Origin: Myxococcota bacterium
GTDB lineage: Bacteria > Myxococcota_C > UBA6777
Direction of reading: 5' to 3'
Assembly: GCA_023150835.1 (NCBI GenBank)
Contig: JAKLKB010000112.1
Span: 1 to 59,005 of the forward strand
Length of the DNA stretch: 59,005 bases
Each line of letters begins with the position of its first letter. Positions within the stretch are counted from its first letter, which is position 1. The notes below the pieces were generated by a model. The model had not been told where the DNA came from and made no database searches. It saw nothing but the letters and a program-made list of their open reading frames with translations. Both the position numbers and the translations under genes were made by a program. This document shows, one piece after another, positions 45,387 to 55,111 of the stretch.

Positions 45387-47123
45387 TTAGCTGTGGGTGT
45401 TGCTGTTGACGTGGATGTGAGGGGACAGCGAATCATTTTGGTTGCGCAGTTCGATCACTTGATCGGCGCGTCCTTGGGTGAGGTAGGCGGTGAGATCCAC
45501 GCCAGCTTCTTTGAGTTTGGCGAGGTAGGCGACGTGTTGTTCGTACTGTCGGCGTTGGGCTTCTTGTTGTTGGAGGGTGTCTTGTTCGCGCTGTTGGCGT
45601 TCGCTTTCGTGTTGTTCTTGGAGGAGTTGGAGCTGTTGTTGGTGTTGTTTTTGTTGGATCGAGAGGTTGTGTTCTTCGCGCTTTTGTTGGAGTTCGAGAT
45701 CGTGCTGGTGCTGGTTGCGTTGTTGGAGTCGAGCGTTGGTGTTGCGTTCAAAGTCGCGTTTTTGCTTAAAGTCTGCGAGTTCTTGGGCTTGGTTTTCGGT
45801 TTCGCGTTCGAGTTTAAGTCGTGTGCGGGCTTCGATCGCTTGTTCGTGCATGGCTTGTAGCGCGAGGGTGGTGGAATAGCCGCGATAGACGATCTTGCGG
45901 ATGCGATAGCCGACTTGTTCGGCTCGATCGTTGAGTTGGCTGTAGCTTTCGAGTTGGTTGAGCAGTTCTGTGCGGGCTTTGAAATCCTCGAAGCTGTAGC
46001 GGCCAACGAGATCGATCACATCAGAAGAAGTCGCATTGATGAAATCGCCGATCGGATCGTGGGTTTCATCAAGCATCTTTTCGACGTTGATCATCTCAAA
46101 GAACAACATCAGTTTGATGGTCAACACAACATCATCGGCAGTTCGGACATCTTCGACGTCATGGTACATCTGATCGGGCATCAACCAGAGTTTTTGGAAC
46201 GTGAGTGCCCCGGGATATTTTTTGTAATCCGCTCCACGCGAGCCGTGCCAACTGAAGGTGTGGAGCCATTCACCGGGCTTGGGGACAAAAGAGGCCGGAC
46301 CCGTCACGATACGGCGCTTGACTTGGTTGATATCGCCGCTGAGATCCGAAGCGTACACCACGATGGCTTCTTTGGCGGCGATCTGAAGGGCCTCTTCTTT
46401 TTCGATGTTGGCGTGGATGCGGGGATCAAACCAGACCTTGACGGGACCGGCGATGTGTTCTTGCGAGCCGTCGCGTTTGCGAACGATCAAAAACTCTCCC
46501 GGATAGGCGGTGTATTGGGAAAGAACTTGGGTTTTCTTGCCCCACGACCAGACGCGCTGTGGACCGTCGATCAGCTCGCCGCGTCCGTTTTTGTCGGTAA
46601 GAAGAACGCGTTGTCCTTCGGGGATGGTATGAAAAAAAAGACCCATCTCGACCTCCATACGGTGGCTAAGGGCTGTGTTGTTGGATTTGGGAGCAGGAGG
46701 GAGGTGTCGTCCTGTATGCGGATCGATCGCGATATGCCGTCCTCCAGCGTTGTTTGCAAAAGGGGCGTCGTGTTGGCCTGCGGGAGCTGCGCGGAGATTG
46801 GGGAGGGCTTGGATGCCCACACGTGTCTGGTGGGCGCTTGCGTAATCGTAGCTCTCGTTTTCTTGGTTGAGGCGTTGGATCGCCGCGTATTCGTCCGCAC
46901 GCATCTGTTCAAACGGATTGGCCGCGCTCAACGACTGGACGCCGACAAGGGTATTGGGGCGGCGGGGAGCATTGTAGACGGCTTGTTGCGCTTGCATGAA
47001 ACCGTCTTCGTTGTAGGCGTTGTCGTTCCCGATGTTGCTTGTGAGGCTGCTTGAGGCGTGAGAAAGCGAATCGACAGCTTCTTGGAGGGCGCCTGCTTTT
47101 TTTAGCATGCGGTATTTGTTCAT
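45387..47123 (-). CDS. Major-vault-protein-like / SPFH-shoulder protein with C-terminal Gln-rich coiled coil
   Basis: Three short beta-repeats each ending in GP (ELIDGP, EHIAGP, RIVTGP), then VRTADD..L.I, DPIGDF and SFEDF as in the MVP shoulder (IETADH, DFVGDA, TFDDF), then a long coiled coil. Confidence 0.7.
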   Translation of the reverse strand: MNKYRMLKKAGALQEAVDSLSHASSSLTSNIGNDNAYNEDGFMQAQQAVYNAPRRPNTLVGVQSLSAANPFEQMRADEYAAIQRLNQENESYDYASAHQTRVGIQALPNLRAAPAGQHDAPFANNAGGRHIAIDPHTGRHLPPAPKSNNTALSHRMEVEMGLFFHTIPEGQRVLLTDKNGRGELIDGPQRVWSWGKKTQVLSQYTAYPGEFLIVRKRDGSQEHIAGPVKVWFDPRIHANIEKEEALQIAAKEAIVVYASDLSGDINQVKRRIVTGPASFVPKPGEWLHTFSWHGSRGADYKKYPGALTFQKLWLMPDQMYHDVEDVRTADDVVLTIKLMLFFEMINVEKMLDETHDPIGDFINATSSDVIDLVGRYSFEDFKARTELLNQLESYSQLNDRAEQVGYRIRKIVYRGYSTTLALQAMHEQAIEARTRLKLERETENQAQELADFKQKRDFERNTNARLQQRNQHQHDLELQQKREEHNLSIQQKQHQQQLQLLQEQHESERQQREQDTLQQQEAQRRQYEQHVAYLAKLKEAGVDLTAYLTQGRADQVIELRNQNDSLSPHIHVNSNTHS

Positions 47124-47316
47124 GTTGGCCTCTCTACGGCTTGCCTTCTCGTGGGAAAGGGGTATGATTCGGGCTTCTTTGTGTCGAAAGGATCGACGTT
47201 TGTTGATGGATGCCTAGGGCCGTTGGGTTCTGGGAGCCATACAAAACCGAGGGTTGGAGAAGATCGTGTTGTTGCACCATCGGGCGCAGGTTTGTCAAGT
47301 GGAGGCTGTTTGGGGG

Positions 47317-48816
47317 TTGGTTTGTGTCCAACGAAAGCGCGTGTTTTGGTGGGGTTTGTTGTGTGTGTGTGTGTGGTTGGGGTTCGAGGGCAGTAGCGCT
47401 GCGTGGGTGTTGCGGGGGATTCAGGCAAGGCCCTCGATCCAAGCCCGTCTACTCGATGGACGCGGCGTTTCAGCGATCTTTCATAAACCACAGACACAAT
47501 TGAAGCTTCGTGTCACCCATGTGACGGGCGAATTTGCTCCGAGCATCTTAGAGATCCAGCCTGTTTCGATGGCGACGCGGTGTTCGCGTTTTCGTTCGGT
47601 GTTGGAACTGCGTTATCGGGGCCAGCGATGGCATTATTTTTCCGAGGCTCCCGCAGCGTTGTTTTTGCGCTTTGGTGGAGAGGGCGGGCTGCATCTGGCA
47701 GGAGAAGGGCAGGTCTGGTTGGCGGGAAGGTCGCCTTTTTGTGGGGATGATCTGTGGGGTGATGTGCCGACTACAGGGATTCCTGTGTGGGCTTTGCGTT
47801 CGGGGTGGTCACGCGGAAAAGCCTTGGCGTTGTGTCGCCTACGCGAGGGGGATCAATGGGCGGAAGGCTGGTCCGATGGAAAGCGTTGTTATGCGACGTT
47901 TGGGTCGGGAAATCCGCCTCTTGTGCAAGGCTCTTTTCAAGTGTTGTTGGTGAGTGCGCGGGATTTTTTTTGGGGGCTTCCGACGCATAAGCCTTACCAA
48001 TTTTTGCGCTACGACAAGAAGGTTGCGAGCCAGATCGGCTCGTTGTGTCGGGCTTCTTGGGGAGGCGGTATGTTTGTGGGTCACCACCAAGGGGGGCGTT
48101 GCTGGTTTGTGGTGAAAAAGCGTGTGCGTTCTGTCGGCGTGTATGAGCAGCTTTGGCCTGCGGGTTTGTATCCGCTTTCCAAACGTGCGGGTGATGCGGG
48201 AACATGGACGAAAAAAGAACAGGCTTTTTTGTTGTATCGGCGCAGGTGGAAGGGGCGGCGTTGGGGATCCTCCCAACAGGTGGGCGAACTGGTCTTGCGC
48301 GATATCCCCGATGCAAAGGGACAAATCGTGCGCTTTTGGGATAGCCTGCGATGGTCCCGAAACGGAGTTCCGCGTAGTGTGGAGAGCGATGCGCGTTGTT
48401 ATGCCGATGCTATCGCGGGAATGCGCAACGCAGCGATCCGTGTGGAAAGCCCCGTAGGCAGGGTGTCTTTTTCTCTACGGCAAGCGCGCAAACGGTTGTG
48501 GATCAAGGCGCGAGGGAAAGAGCACGCCCTACCCGCGCACCATCCGATGATTACGGCATGGGGGCGGTGGCGCGTCTTGGTGCATCTGCCGTTTGAGGTC
48601 GGATCGCACACGATCTTGTCGTATCTGGATCTACGGACGATGCGTGTGGTTCAGCGCTTGTACGCGTATGCAGGGCGCGAGCGGCTGGAGGGGCATGGTC
48701 AGGTTCATCGGATTCAAAGTGCCGAGGGTCGCGAAGTGGTGTGGGTTTCTCGGTCGCGTGTTTTGTTGCGCGTTGAGATGGATGGTGGGGCGCGTGTGAT
48801 GGTGCCTGCTCCTTGA
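47317..48816 (+). CDS. Hypothetical secreted protein with two DM9/DUF3421-like repeats (start uncertain)
   Basis: Signal-like N-terminus; two 'LCR.....G......C.......F/YE/Q.L' units. Confidence 0.55.
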   Translation: MVCVQRKRVFWWGLLCVCVWLGFEGSSAAWVLRGIQARPSIQARLLDGRGVSAIFHKPQTQLKLRVTHVTGEFAPSILEIQPVSMATRCSRFRSVLELRYRGQRWHYFSEAPAALFLRFGGEGGLHLAGEGQVWLAGRSPFCGDDLWGDVPTTGIPVWALRSGWSRGKALALCRLREGDQWAEGWSDGKRCYATFGSGNPPLVQGSFQVLLVSARDFFWGLPTHKPYQFLRYDKKVASQIGSLCRASWGGGMFVGHHQGGRCWFVVKKRVRSVGVYEQLWPAGLYPLSKRAGDAGTWTKKEQAFLLYRRRWKGRRWGSSQQVGELVLRDIPDAKGQIVRFWDSLRWSRNGVPRSVESDARCYADAIAGMRNAAIRVESPVGRVSFSLRQARKRLWIKARGKEHALPAHHPMITAWGRWRVLVHLPFEVGSHTILSYLDLRTMRVVQRLYAYAGRERLEGHGQVHRIQSAEGREVVWVSRSRVLLRVEMDGGARVMVPAP

Positions 48817-48921
48817 GGTGGCAGATGGCTTCTCTCCGATGGGGCTTTCGGTTCCGCCGTCTGTTCGTCGAGAGTGCACATTGCTCCTTGAGGTGGCAGA
48901 AGGCTTCTCTCCGATGGGGCT
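48807..48921. repeat. 40-bp direct repeat x2 (1 mismatch) separated by 35 bp, between convergent stop codons
   Basis: TGCTCCTTGAGGTGGCAGA(T/A)GGCTTCTCTCCGATGGGGCT at 48807 and 48882. Confidence 0.88.
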
Positions 48922-51112
48922 AGGGCAGCGTCTGCAAGACGCGAACGATCGGGTAGCGGTTGAGATCGCGCTCGTGGTAGGGCGAGCGTTTGTAGAGGTA
49001 CTGTAGCCGTCGAAGAGCATCGGAGGCAAACGCGGGTTCTTTTTGAAGCTTTTCTTGATATTTTTTCTTCAAAAGTGGATCTTTTTCTAAAAGCTGTTGT
49101 GCTGTTTTTTCAAAAAGATAAGGAGAAAAATATTCTTTTTGTTGAAAGATGGTCTGAAAGAATCCCCATCGCAGAAACGAGTCTTGGGCTTCGGGTTCCA
49201 GCATCTCAAGGATGTAGCGGACAAAAGGTTGGCGCGTGGAGACCCAGACATCGCCTTTTTGAGCGAGGTATTCGCGGGTGATCCAGCGCGTTTGAAAGGA
49301 CGTGAGCAACATCCGCCCTTCGTAGGGGCGTGAGGCCCAACGCGGCTGAGAGAAGAAGGCTTGTTGTACGCGGAAGCGTGTGGGCTTTGTGATCCGTGTG
49401 ATCTGGACACGATTGGCTTGCAGCCGTGTGATCACATCGTACCATGCGCGGGGGATCAGATATCCTGTTGGGATATCGATGGTTCGGGCGGGGACGATAT
49501 CGTCGAAAAAGGGGAGAGTGAAGGTGACGGGTTGCGTGCGATCGTATTGGATCCATCGGCCTCCTGATGCGCTCCCTTGTGTGCGTTTGTAGGCATAGCC
49601 CAAAAACTCGACAGGTCGGGACTTTTCCGTTCGCTTCCAATGCAGGACGTAGCGTTTGCTGTACGCGCTTTGTTGATCCGCCAGTATCCGCGCTTTTCGC
49701 AGTGCTTTGGCGTGTTGGTCGGCGTATTCGAGCGTGTGGCGCATCAAGTGATAGGTCGCCATGACGCGAGTGCGAAAGTCTTTGAGCATATGGGCTTCGC
49801 TCAGCAGAGTGATGGTGTTGAACAGTTCGCCGTAGCCTGTGGAAAAGCGCGGCGGTGGAACGCCCCGTAGGATGCCGCTTTTGATCTCGTCACCTTTTTT
49901 GTACATCACATAAGGACAGATCGGATAGCCGAGCGCTTTCATCTGTTTCGCGAGGTAGGGCTTGAGTTCTTGGCCGACCCATCGGCGCAACGGGGCTGCG
50001 ACGTTAGGGAGTTCGGAGATCAGGTAGGTCATGGGGTACTGGTAGTCCGCGCCGTTGGTGGTGTGGTTGTCGATCAGGATGTGGGGCGACCACCGATGAA
50101 AAGCCTTGTAGAAGGAGCGCATATTGGCGGTGTCGGCTTTGGTGAAGTCGCGGTTGAGGTTGTAGCCGCGTGCGTTGGCGCGAAAACCCATGCGTGCGGG
50201 GCCTTCTTGATTCACCCGATTGTAGGGGTGAAAGCGTGCATGGCCGCCCACGTTAAACACAGGGATCGTCACGAAAGTGAGATGGTTGAGTTGTGCGGGA
50301 TCCTTCATCCGAAGCAAGAGATCCCGCACCAACATCTGTGTCGCGTCGATGCCGCAGACTTCGCCTGCATGGATGCCGTTGAGAACAAACAGGATCGCGT
50401 GATCTTTAGGGGGGCGGCGCGCTCGGTGGGCGTCTGGGTGCTTGGAGACCACGACAAGTTCGAGCGGGGTTCCGTGATCGGTTTGGCCGATCTGTTCGAT
50501 GTGGATGTGGGGGCTTGTCTGCGCAAGTCTCCGATAATAGGGCATCACAGACGAAGGATGAACGCTTTCCCAAAACCGCGTCTGTTCGGCGTGTGTGACG
50601 AAGATCGCGGGACGTGTGGTGGGAAGACTTCGGAGCGTCGGGGCGTTTGTGTGCAGCGGAACGGCTTGATGAGGGACGCTCAGCAAGGGCCTTGAGGTCG
50701 GAGAAAGGCGAGAGATCGTGCGTTTTGGAGGACGTTTGTCAACGGCGGCAGGCGGAGCGTTCGTCAAGTCGGGCGGATGTGTAGGGGGAGCCGCTTGGAT
50801 CGCCGATATATCGAGTCTTCCCAACAGAAGCCCCATGATCACCGCCAATGCGACGCGAAAAAGTTTCGGATGCGGCGTCGTCCATGATCCGAGAGCGGTG
50901 CGCTCAAAACGCCCGTGCGATCGGCTGTCATCGCCCTTTTCTTGGGCAGCTACCGAGGGCTGATCCCGGATGTTTGATAACACACTTGGCGGATATCGTA
51001 TAAGGCTTTTGCAATGTTGCGCAGAGAATAGAAGGGGAGTTGTTGATCGTTCCAAGGTTACGTCGGGAGAAAAAAGGCATCGCATACATAAGACTCCATC
51101 AGGAAAAAACAT
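48920..51112 (-). CDS. M14 zinc carboxypeptidase-family protein (true start probably ~50850-50920)
   Basis: IHAGE (HxxE), NLNRDF and DNHTTNGADY motifs; signal-like segment and Pro-rich linker. Confidence 0.9.
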   Translation of the reverse strand: MFFPDGVLCMRCLFSPDVTLERSTTPLLFSAQHCKSLIRYPPSVLSNIRDQPSVAAQEKGDDSRSHGRFERTALGSWTTPHPKLFRVALAVIMGLLLGRLDISAIQAAPPTHPPDLTNAPPAAVDKRPPKRTISRLSPTSRPLLSVPHQAVPLHTNAPTLRSLPTTRPAIFVTHAEQTRFWESVHPSSVMPYYRRLAQTSPHIHIEQIGQTDHGTPLELVVVSKHPDAHRARRPPKDHAILFVLNGIHAGEVCGIDATQMLVRDLLLRMKDPAQLNHLTFVTIPVFNVGGHARFHPYNRVNQEGPARMGFRANARGYNLNRDFTKADTANMRSFYKAFHRWSPHILIDNHTTNGADYQYPMTYLISELPNVAAPLRRWVGQELKPYLAKQMKALGYPICPYVMYKKGDEIKSGILRGVPPPRFSTGYGELFNTITLLSEAHMLKDFRTRVMATYHLMRHTLEYADQHAKALRKARILADQQSAYSKRYVLHWKRTEKSRPVEFLGYAYKRTQGSASGGRWIQYDRTQPVTFTLPFFDDIVPARTIDIPTGYLIPRAWYDVITRLQANRVQITRITKPTRFRVQQAFFSQPRWASRPYEGRMLLTSFQTRWITREYLAQKGDVWVSTRQPFVRYILEMLEPEAQDSFLRWGFFQTIFQQKEYFSPYLFEKTAQQLLEKDPLLKKKYQEKLQKEPAFASDALRRLQYLYKRSPYHERDLNRYPIVRVLQTLP

Positions 51113-51398
51113 ATTGACTTTGTGCGGGATCTTGTTCGTCTTTGGGGCTTCTCGGTGAGCGTTCCTGTGCTGCGTTGCGAAAGGCTGTCTTTGTTGAAAA
51201 AAGCAATCCTGTGATGCGGTTTTTTACATCAAATCCATCCGATCCAAGCCAAACAAAAAACGCGGATATCCCAAGGGCGATCCGCTGACGCACGTCCTAT
51301 CCAGCGTCTGGACGCGCTGAGACAGGTCTCTCGGCCTTGACCTTGTTGCGCGATGCGTTAGCTTTGCTTGCCTTTTGGGTCGCTGAGGTGTGGGGTGC

Positions 51399-51499
51399 GT
51401 GCGGCCTTTGTTGGCTCGGCGGTCCAAGGGTCTGTGCGGCCTTTGCTGCTTTGGCGGTTCAAGGGTCTGTGCGGCCTTTGTTGGCTCGGTGGTTCGAGG
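51399..51499. repeat. 35-bp tandem repeat x3 (GTGCGGCCTTTGTTGGCTCGGCGGTCCAAGGGTCT)
   Basis: Copies at 51399, 51434 and 51469. Confidence 0.85.
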
Positions 51500-51738
51500 A
51501 TGCGAAGTGTCTCGCAAAGCCCAAACAAACGTCTCCTTTGCACAAACCTGCACAAAAGGCATACGCTTTGCTAACGCCCGCCGCCCCAGTATCCCGCACG
51601 TCGCCTCAAAAGGCAACGCGCTTTTGTCGCTCTCGCGTTGCTTTCTTTGCACCGATCAACACGGTGCTTCCTTTGTTCGGCTTGTTTCGTACGCAGCATA
51701 ACAGAGGATCGAGAAGGCGCGGTTGAAAGGAGTTTTCT

Positions 51739-54057
51739 ATGAAAAAGGGACGTTATTTCAAATGGTTAAGCTTGCTTTTGAGCGTATTGATTTGGGGGGG
51801 GATCGCCCAAGTCGATGCCAAGCCTCCCGCCTCTTCTCTTCCTTCGATAGAGAAAAAGCCTCTTGAAAAAAGGCTTCTTGATAAAAAGCCTATAGGAAAG
51901 CAGCCTTTACAAAAAGAGTCTGCTCGCTTGCCTGAGTTTCTTTGGCTGCCGACGCCGCTTGTTTCACCTTTGCCATCAAAGCAAAAACCTCAGACCTCAC
52001 GACACAAACCCCCACACCCGCCTTATCTTCGCGGTAGCGCACCAAAGCCGATCGTGCACGTTGCCGTCCCTCATCCTTCTGCTCTCCCCACCAAGGCCAC
52101 ACAGCCGCCCGTTGTGAACGTCTCTCCCACCAAAACAGCGCAGCCGCCCGTTGAGATCGTCTCTCCCACCAAAACAGCGCAGCCACCCGTTGCGAACGTC
52201 TCCCCCACGAAAGCTACACAGCCGCTTGTTGCGCATCCCACCAAGAAAACGAACACTCCGAATTCAATCAAGAGAACGGATACTACGAAGCCTGCGGAGA
52301 CGGAGATGACCGCAAAGGGCTTCGAGGATTCGATGCAGCGTTGCCGCCGATTAACGCAAGAAAACTTACGCGAAGAGTTGGTTAAACTGTGTAAGGAGAG
52401 TTTTGTTGGGGCGCGGGTGAATTTTCGCCGTATCGTTGAGGATCTTTGGATGACGCACAAAGTTAAAGTGCTGATGGATATGGAGGTCGATAACGCTGCA
52501 AGCAAGCTGTACGGCGAATATCGTTACTGGACACGCCTCAAGTCGACCTTCTCCAAACACACCGCCAAAGAGATGGCCGAACGGATGGCGCGACTGGCTT
52601 TTTTGGGGCAGCCGTTTCGCTACCGAATCGAGATGCTTTCTAAAGATATCTCCAAAGATCTCAATAAGTTAATCCAAGATCGCGTGCATCATTCGGTGAA
52701 TCAGTCGATGGAGTGCATCAATAGCTTTTTGCAGTCGCAATATCACCAATCCATGCGCGGCATCTTTCAAGCCCATGTTCGGGGACTTTTGCGCTCGGTC
52801 AAGCCGGATGTCGAAGTTTCGTACGCTGCGCCTTCCTTGGTTCAACAACATCGCAAAGCCTTGGCAGGAGTGGGGTTGTTGATCTCGGCGCAAGTGATGC
52901 GCGTGATGATGAACCGAATCAGTCAGCGTGTCGCCTCCAAGATGGCAAATCGTCTTGGGATGCAGATCGCCTCGCGCATCGGTACCAAGCTGATCCCGTG
53001 GGTGGGCTGGGGGTTGTTGGTGTGGGATCTGTGGGATCTTGCGCACGCCAAAGGAGCATTGCCTGAGATCCAAAAAGCTCTCAAAAGCCCCAAGATGGAG
53101 CGCCAGATCCAACACGAGATCGTCGTTGCGATGCAAGAGTCTTTTGATTCCAACTACAAAGTCCTCGCCCGATCGATCGCAGACACCGTTCACGGGATGT
53201 GGGATCGTTTTCAAGGCCAGTTCCAAAAAGTCCTTCGGTTGGCCGAACGTGACAAGGATTTCCAAAAAGTGCTTGGCTATGTGCGCGGCAAAGAGCAACT
53301 CCACCTGCTCGTGCAATTGTACGATGCCCTCGGTGAGCAGCGGCTTTTGGAAGTCGCCCGCCAAGGAGCGATGTTGCAAATTTTAGAAAATCCTCAGATC
53401 AGCTCTTTGTTAGAGCTTTTGCGCTTTCAACCCGATGTTACACGTGCATTGTTGTGGTACCAGATCGCAAGACGCCGTCTCCCCGATGTTTTGCGCTTAG
53501 AGATCCACAAGCACAAAAATCCCGAACGGATGTCCATGCAAGTGCTCGATGTCTTGTTGCGTCTCGAAGAACCTGCCTTGGTCAGCAAAATGTTGTTGCT
53601 ACCCAACGAGCAGATCGTCCACTTCGATCGCGTCAGTACGGTCAACCGAAAACTGCTGATCCAAAAGTTCTCCACCCTCGATCTCCGGGTTCTTGCCGGC
53701 TACCTCGCCCACCTCGATAGCGATCAACGAAACAATCTTGTCGCCTCGCTGCTTCGGCCCGAGATCAAAGAAATCAAAGTCCTCAGTGATCCCGGTGTCT
53801 TGGCTTTGCTCAAACAAGAGCGTCACAAAGATAAATTGTTGCAATTCTTCTTGGCTCGCCAAGATATCTCCGATCTGATGGCCTTGCGCTATCTGCCCCT
53901 GCAAGCCTTTGTTGTCAAATACGGCTCCCAAGCCTACCTTGTCGTAGGCGTCGTCGCCTTGCTGTTTTTGCCGCTCGCGTGGTTCTTGATCAAGTCGTTC
54001 TTCTGGCCCGTCTTCTTGTTGTTGCGGTTGTTCCGTCGAAAGCAGCGCACCGCTTAG
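51739..54057 (+). CDS. Large hypothetical exported helical protein with Pro-rich 13-aa repeats and a C-terminal TM anchor
   Basis: RBS AAGGAG; signal peptide; PTK(A/T)(T/A)QPPV repeats; internal hydrophobic/amphipathic segment; C-terminal TM and basic tail. Confidence 0.8.
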   Translation: MKKGRYFKWLSLLLSVLIWGGIAQVDAKPPASSLPSIEKKPLEKRLLDKKPIGKQPLQKESARLPEFLWLPTPLVSPLPSKQKPQTSRHKPPHPPYLRGSAPKPIVHVAVPHPSALPTKATQPPVVNVSPTKTAQPPVEIVSPTKTAQPPVANVSPTKATQPLVAHPTKKTNTPNSIKRTDTTKPAETEMTAKGFEDSMQRCRRLTQENLREELVKLCKESFVGARVNFRRIVEDLWMTHKVKVLMDMEVDNAASKLYGEYRYWTRLKSTFSKHTAKEMAERMARLAFLGQPFRYRIEMLSKDISKDLNKLIQDRVHHSVNQSMECINSFLQSQYHQSMRGIFQAHVRGLLRSVKPDVEVSYAAPSLVQQHRKALAGVGLLISAQVMRVMMNRISQRVASKMANRLGMQIASRIGTKLIPWVGWGLLVWDLWDLAHAKGALPEIQKALKSPKMERQIQHEIVVAMQESFDSNYKVLARSIADTVHGMWDRFQGQFQKVLRLAERDKDFQKVLGYVRGKEQLHLLVQLYDALGEQRLLEVARQGAMLQILENPQISSLLELLRFQPDVTRALLWYQIARRRLPDVLRLEIHKHKNPERMSMQVLDVLLRLEEPALVSKMLLLPNEQIVHFDRVSTVNRKLLIQKFSTLDLRVLAGYLAHLDSDQRNNLVASLLRPEIKEIKVLSDPGVLALLKQERHKDKLLQFFLARQDISDLMALRYLPLQAFVVKYGSQAYLVVGVVALLFLPLAWFLIKSFFWPVFLLLRLFRRKQRTA

Positions 54058-54102
54058 TTTTCAGTGATGCTGTTGTTTTTTTGTTTGTTTTTGTTTGTTT
54101 TT

Positions 54103-54225
54103 GTGGGGTTCCACCCCACACCCCGCAAGGGAGCTTTGCCCCCTTGACCCCGTATCGGCGAAGAGATCGATCGTTTTCCAAACGGACGACTCTGTCGCTT
54201 CAAGCCTCGCAAACACGGGGTTTTT
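54103..54225 (-). repeat. Family B structured repeat
   Basis: Reverse-complement match to the 23237 and 55112 copies. Confidence 0.8.
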
Positions 54226-54284
54226 GGGGATGCTTGCGAACACGCCTTTCTTTTCATCCCCCACCCCACACAAAAAACAGATGA

Positions 54285-54398
54285 TACGAGATCCGCCCGT
54301 TGTGTGATCGTAAAAATGTAGGGGCAGACAGGTGTGGCTGCCCAAGAATCGGGCGGCTACGTACTATCTTACGATCACACTCCACTCGGATATCGTAT
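54285..54398 (+). repeat. Full family A MITE/REP copy
   Basis: TACGAGATCCG...GTAGGGGCAGACAGGTGTGGCTGCCC...CGGATATCGTA. Confidence 0.88.
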
Positions 54399-54430
54399 GA
54401 CACATCCCATCGAATCCTTCAATAAACCTA

Positions 54431-54560
54431 ATACATCGGATACAGCGAATGCACCGAGCACATCGGATATAACGAACGAATCGGATACAGCGAACGAATC
54501 GGATACAGCGAACGAATCGGATACAGCGAACGAATCGGATACATCGGACACAGCGGACGG
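54431..54560. repeat. 18-bp tandem repeat (GCGAACGAATCGGATACA) with 9-bp subunits
   Basis: About 4 near-perfect copies plus degenerate flanking copies. Confidence 0.85.
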
Positions 54561-54732
54561 AGTGCGGATGACAGAGGTGGTGATCTCGTCGACAAGCAGC
54601 GCACAGACGCCGATGGAAGTACGGCAAGGCTGCCTTCCTGCCTTGTGGGGGGGGCTTTGGGGTGGGGAGGTTCGTTTGGCTGCGCTGGCGTCGGCTTCGC
54701 GGCATCCGATGTTGACAGAAAAAGGAGAAGCA

Positions 54733-55050
54733 ATGCACGTTATCGCGTTAGATCATTGGCCGAAAGATGTTGAGGTGGGGGAGTTGATCGTCACGGTGGT
54801 GGTGCGTGCGGCCAACGTCGTGAGCGATATCCGCGAAAATATCCGAAACCTTGTGGGCGGACGGATGAGACACTACGAGGCGATGATCCAGCGGGCCGTC
54901 GAAGAGGCGATCGAAGAGACCCAACGAAAAGCCAAAGAAGCCGGTTATGACGGAGTGATCGGCCTCAAGATCGCCAATCCGTCTGTTGTCGATGGTGGCG
55001 TTGAAGTCATCGTCTATGCCAACGGCTTTCGGTTTTTACCGGCTCCTTGA
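54733..55050 (+). CDS. YbjQ/UPF0145 (putative heavy-metal-binding) family protein
   Basis: ATG after AAAGGAG; DI...IRNLVGG...YE, A...[14 protein letters not shown]. Confidence 0.85.
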   Translation: MHVIALDHWPKDVEVGELIVTVVVRAANVVSDIRENIRNLVGGRMRHYEAMIQRAVEEAIEETQRKAKEAGYDGVIGLKIANPSVVDGGVEVIVYANGFRFLPAP

Positions 55051-55111
55051 GCCATCCAAGCCGAGACCTCTCGATCTTTGCGATCTGAAGTCGTTGGTGT
55101 CGCTCGTTGGT

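Noticed and set aside
48807-48921. Mini CRISPR
   Set aside because: Only two repeats, both overlapping coding ends, with no leader or cas genes; kept only as a low-interest duplication
54334-54732. N-terminal extension of the YbjQ-like protein (ESDTAN repeats)
   Set aside because: It begins inside a MITE and a tandem repeat; a strong RBS with ATG at 54733 gives a normal-length protein
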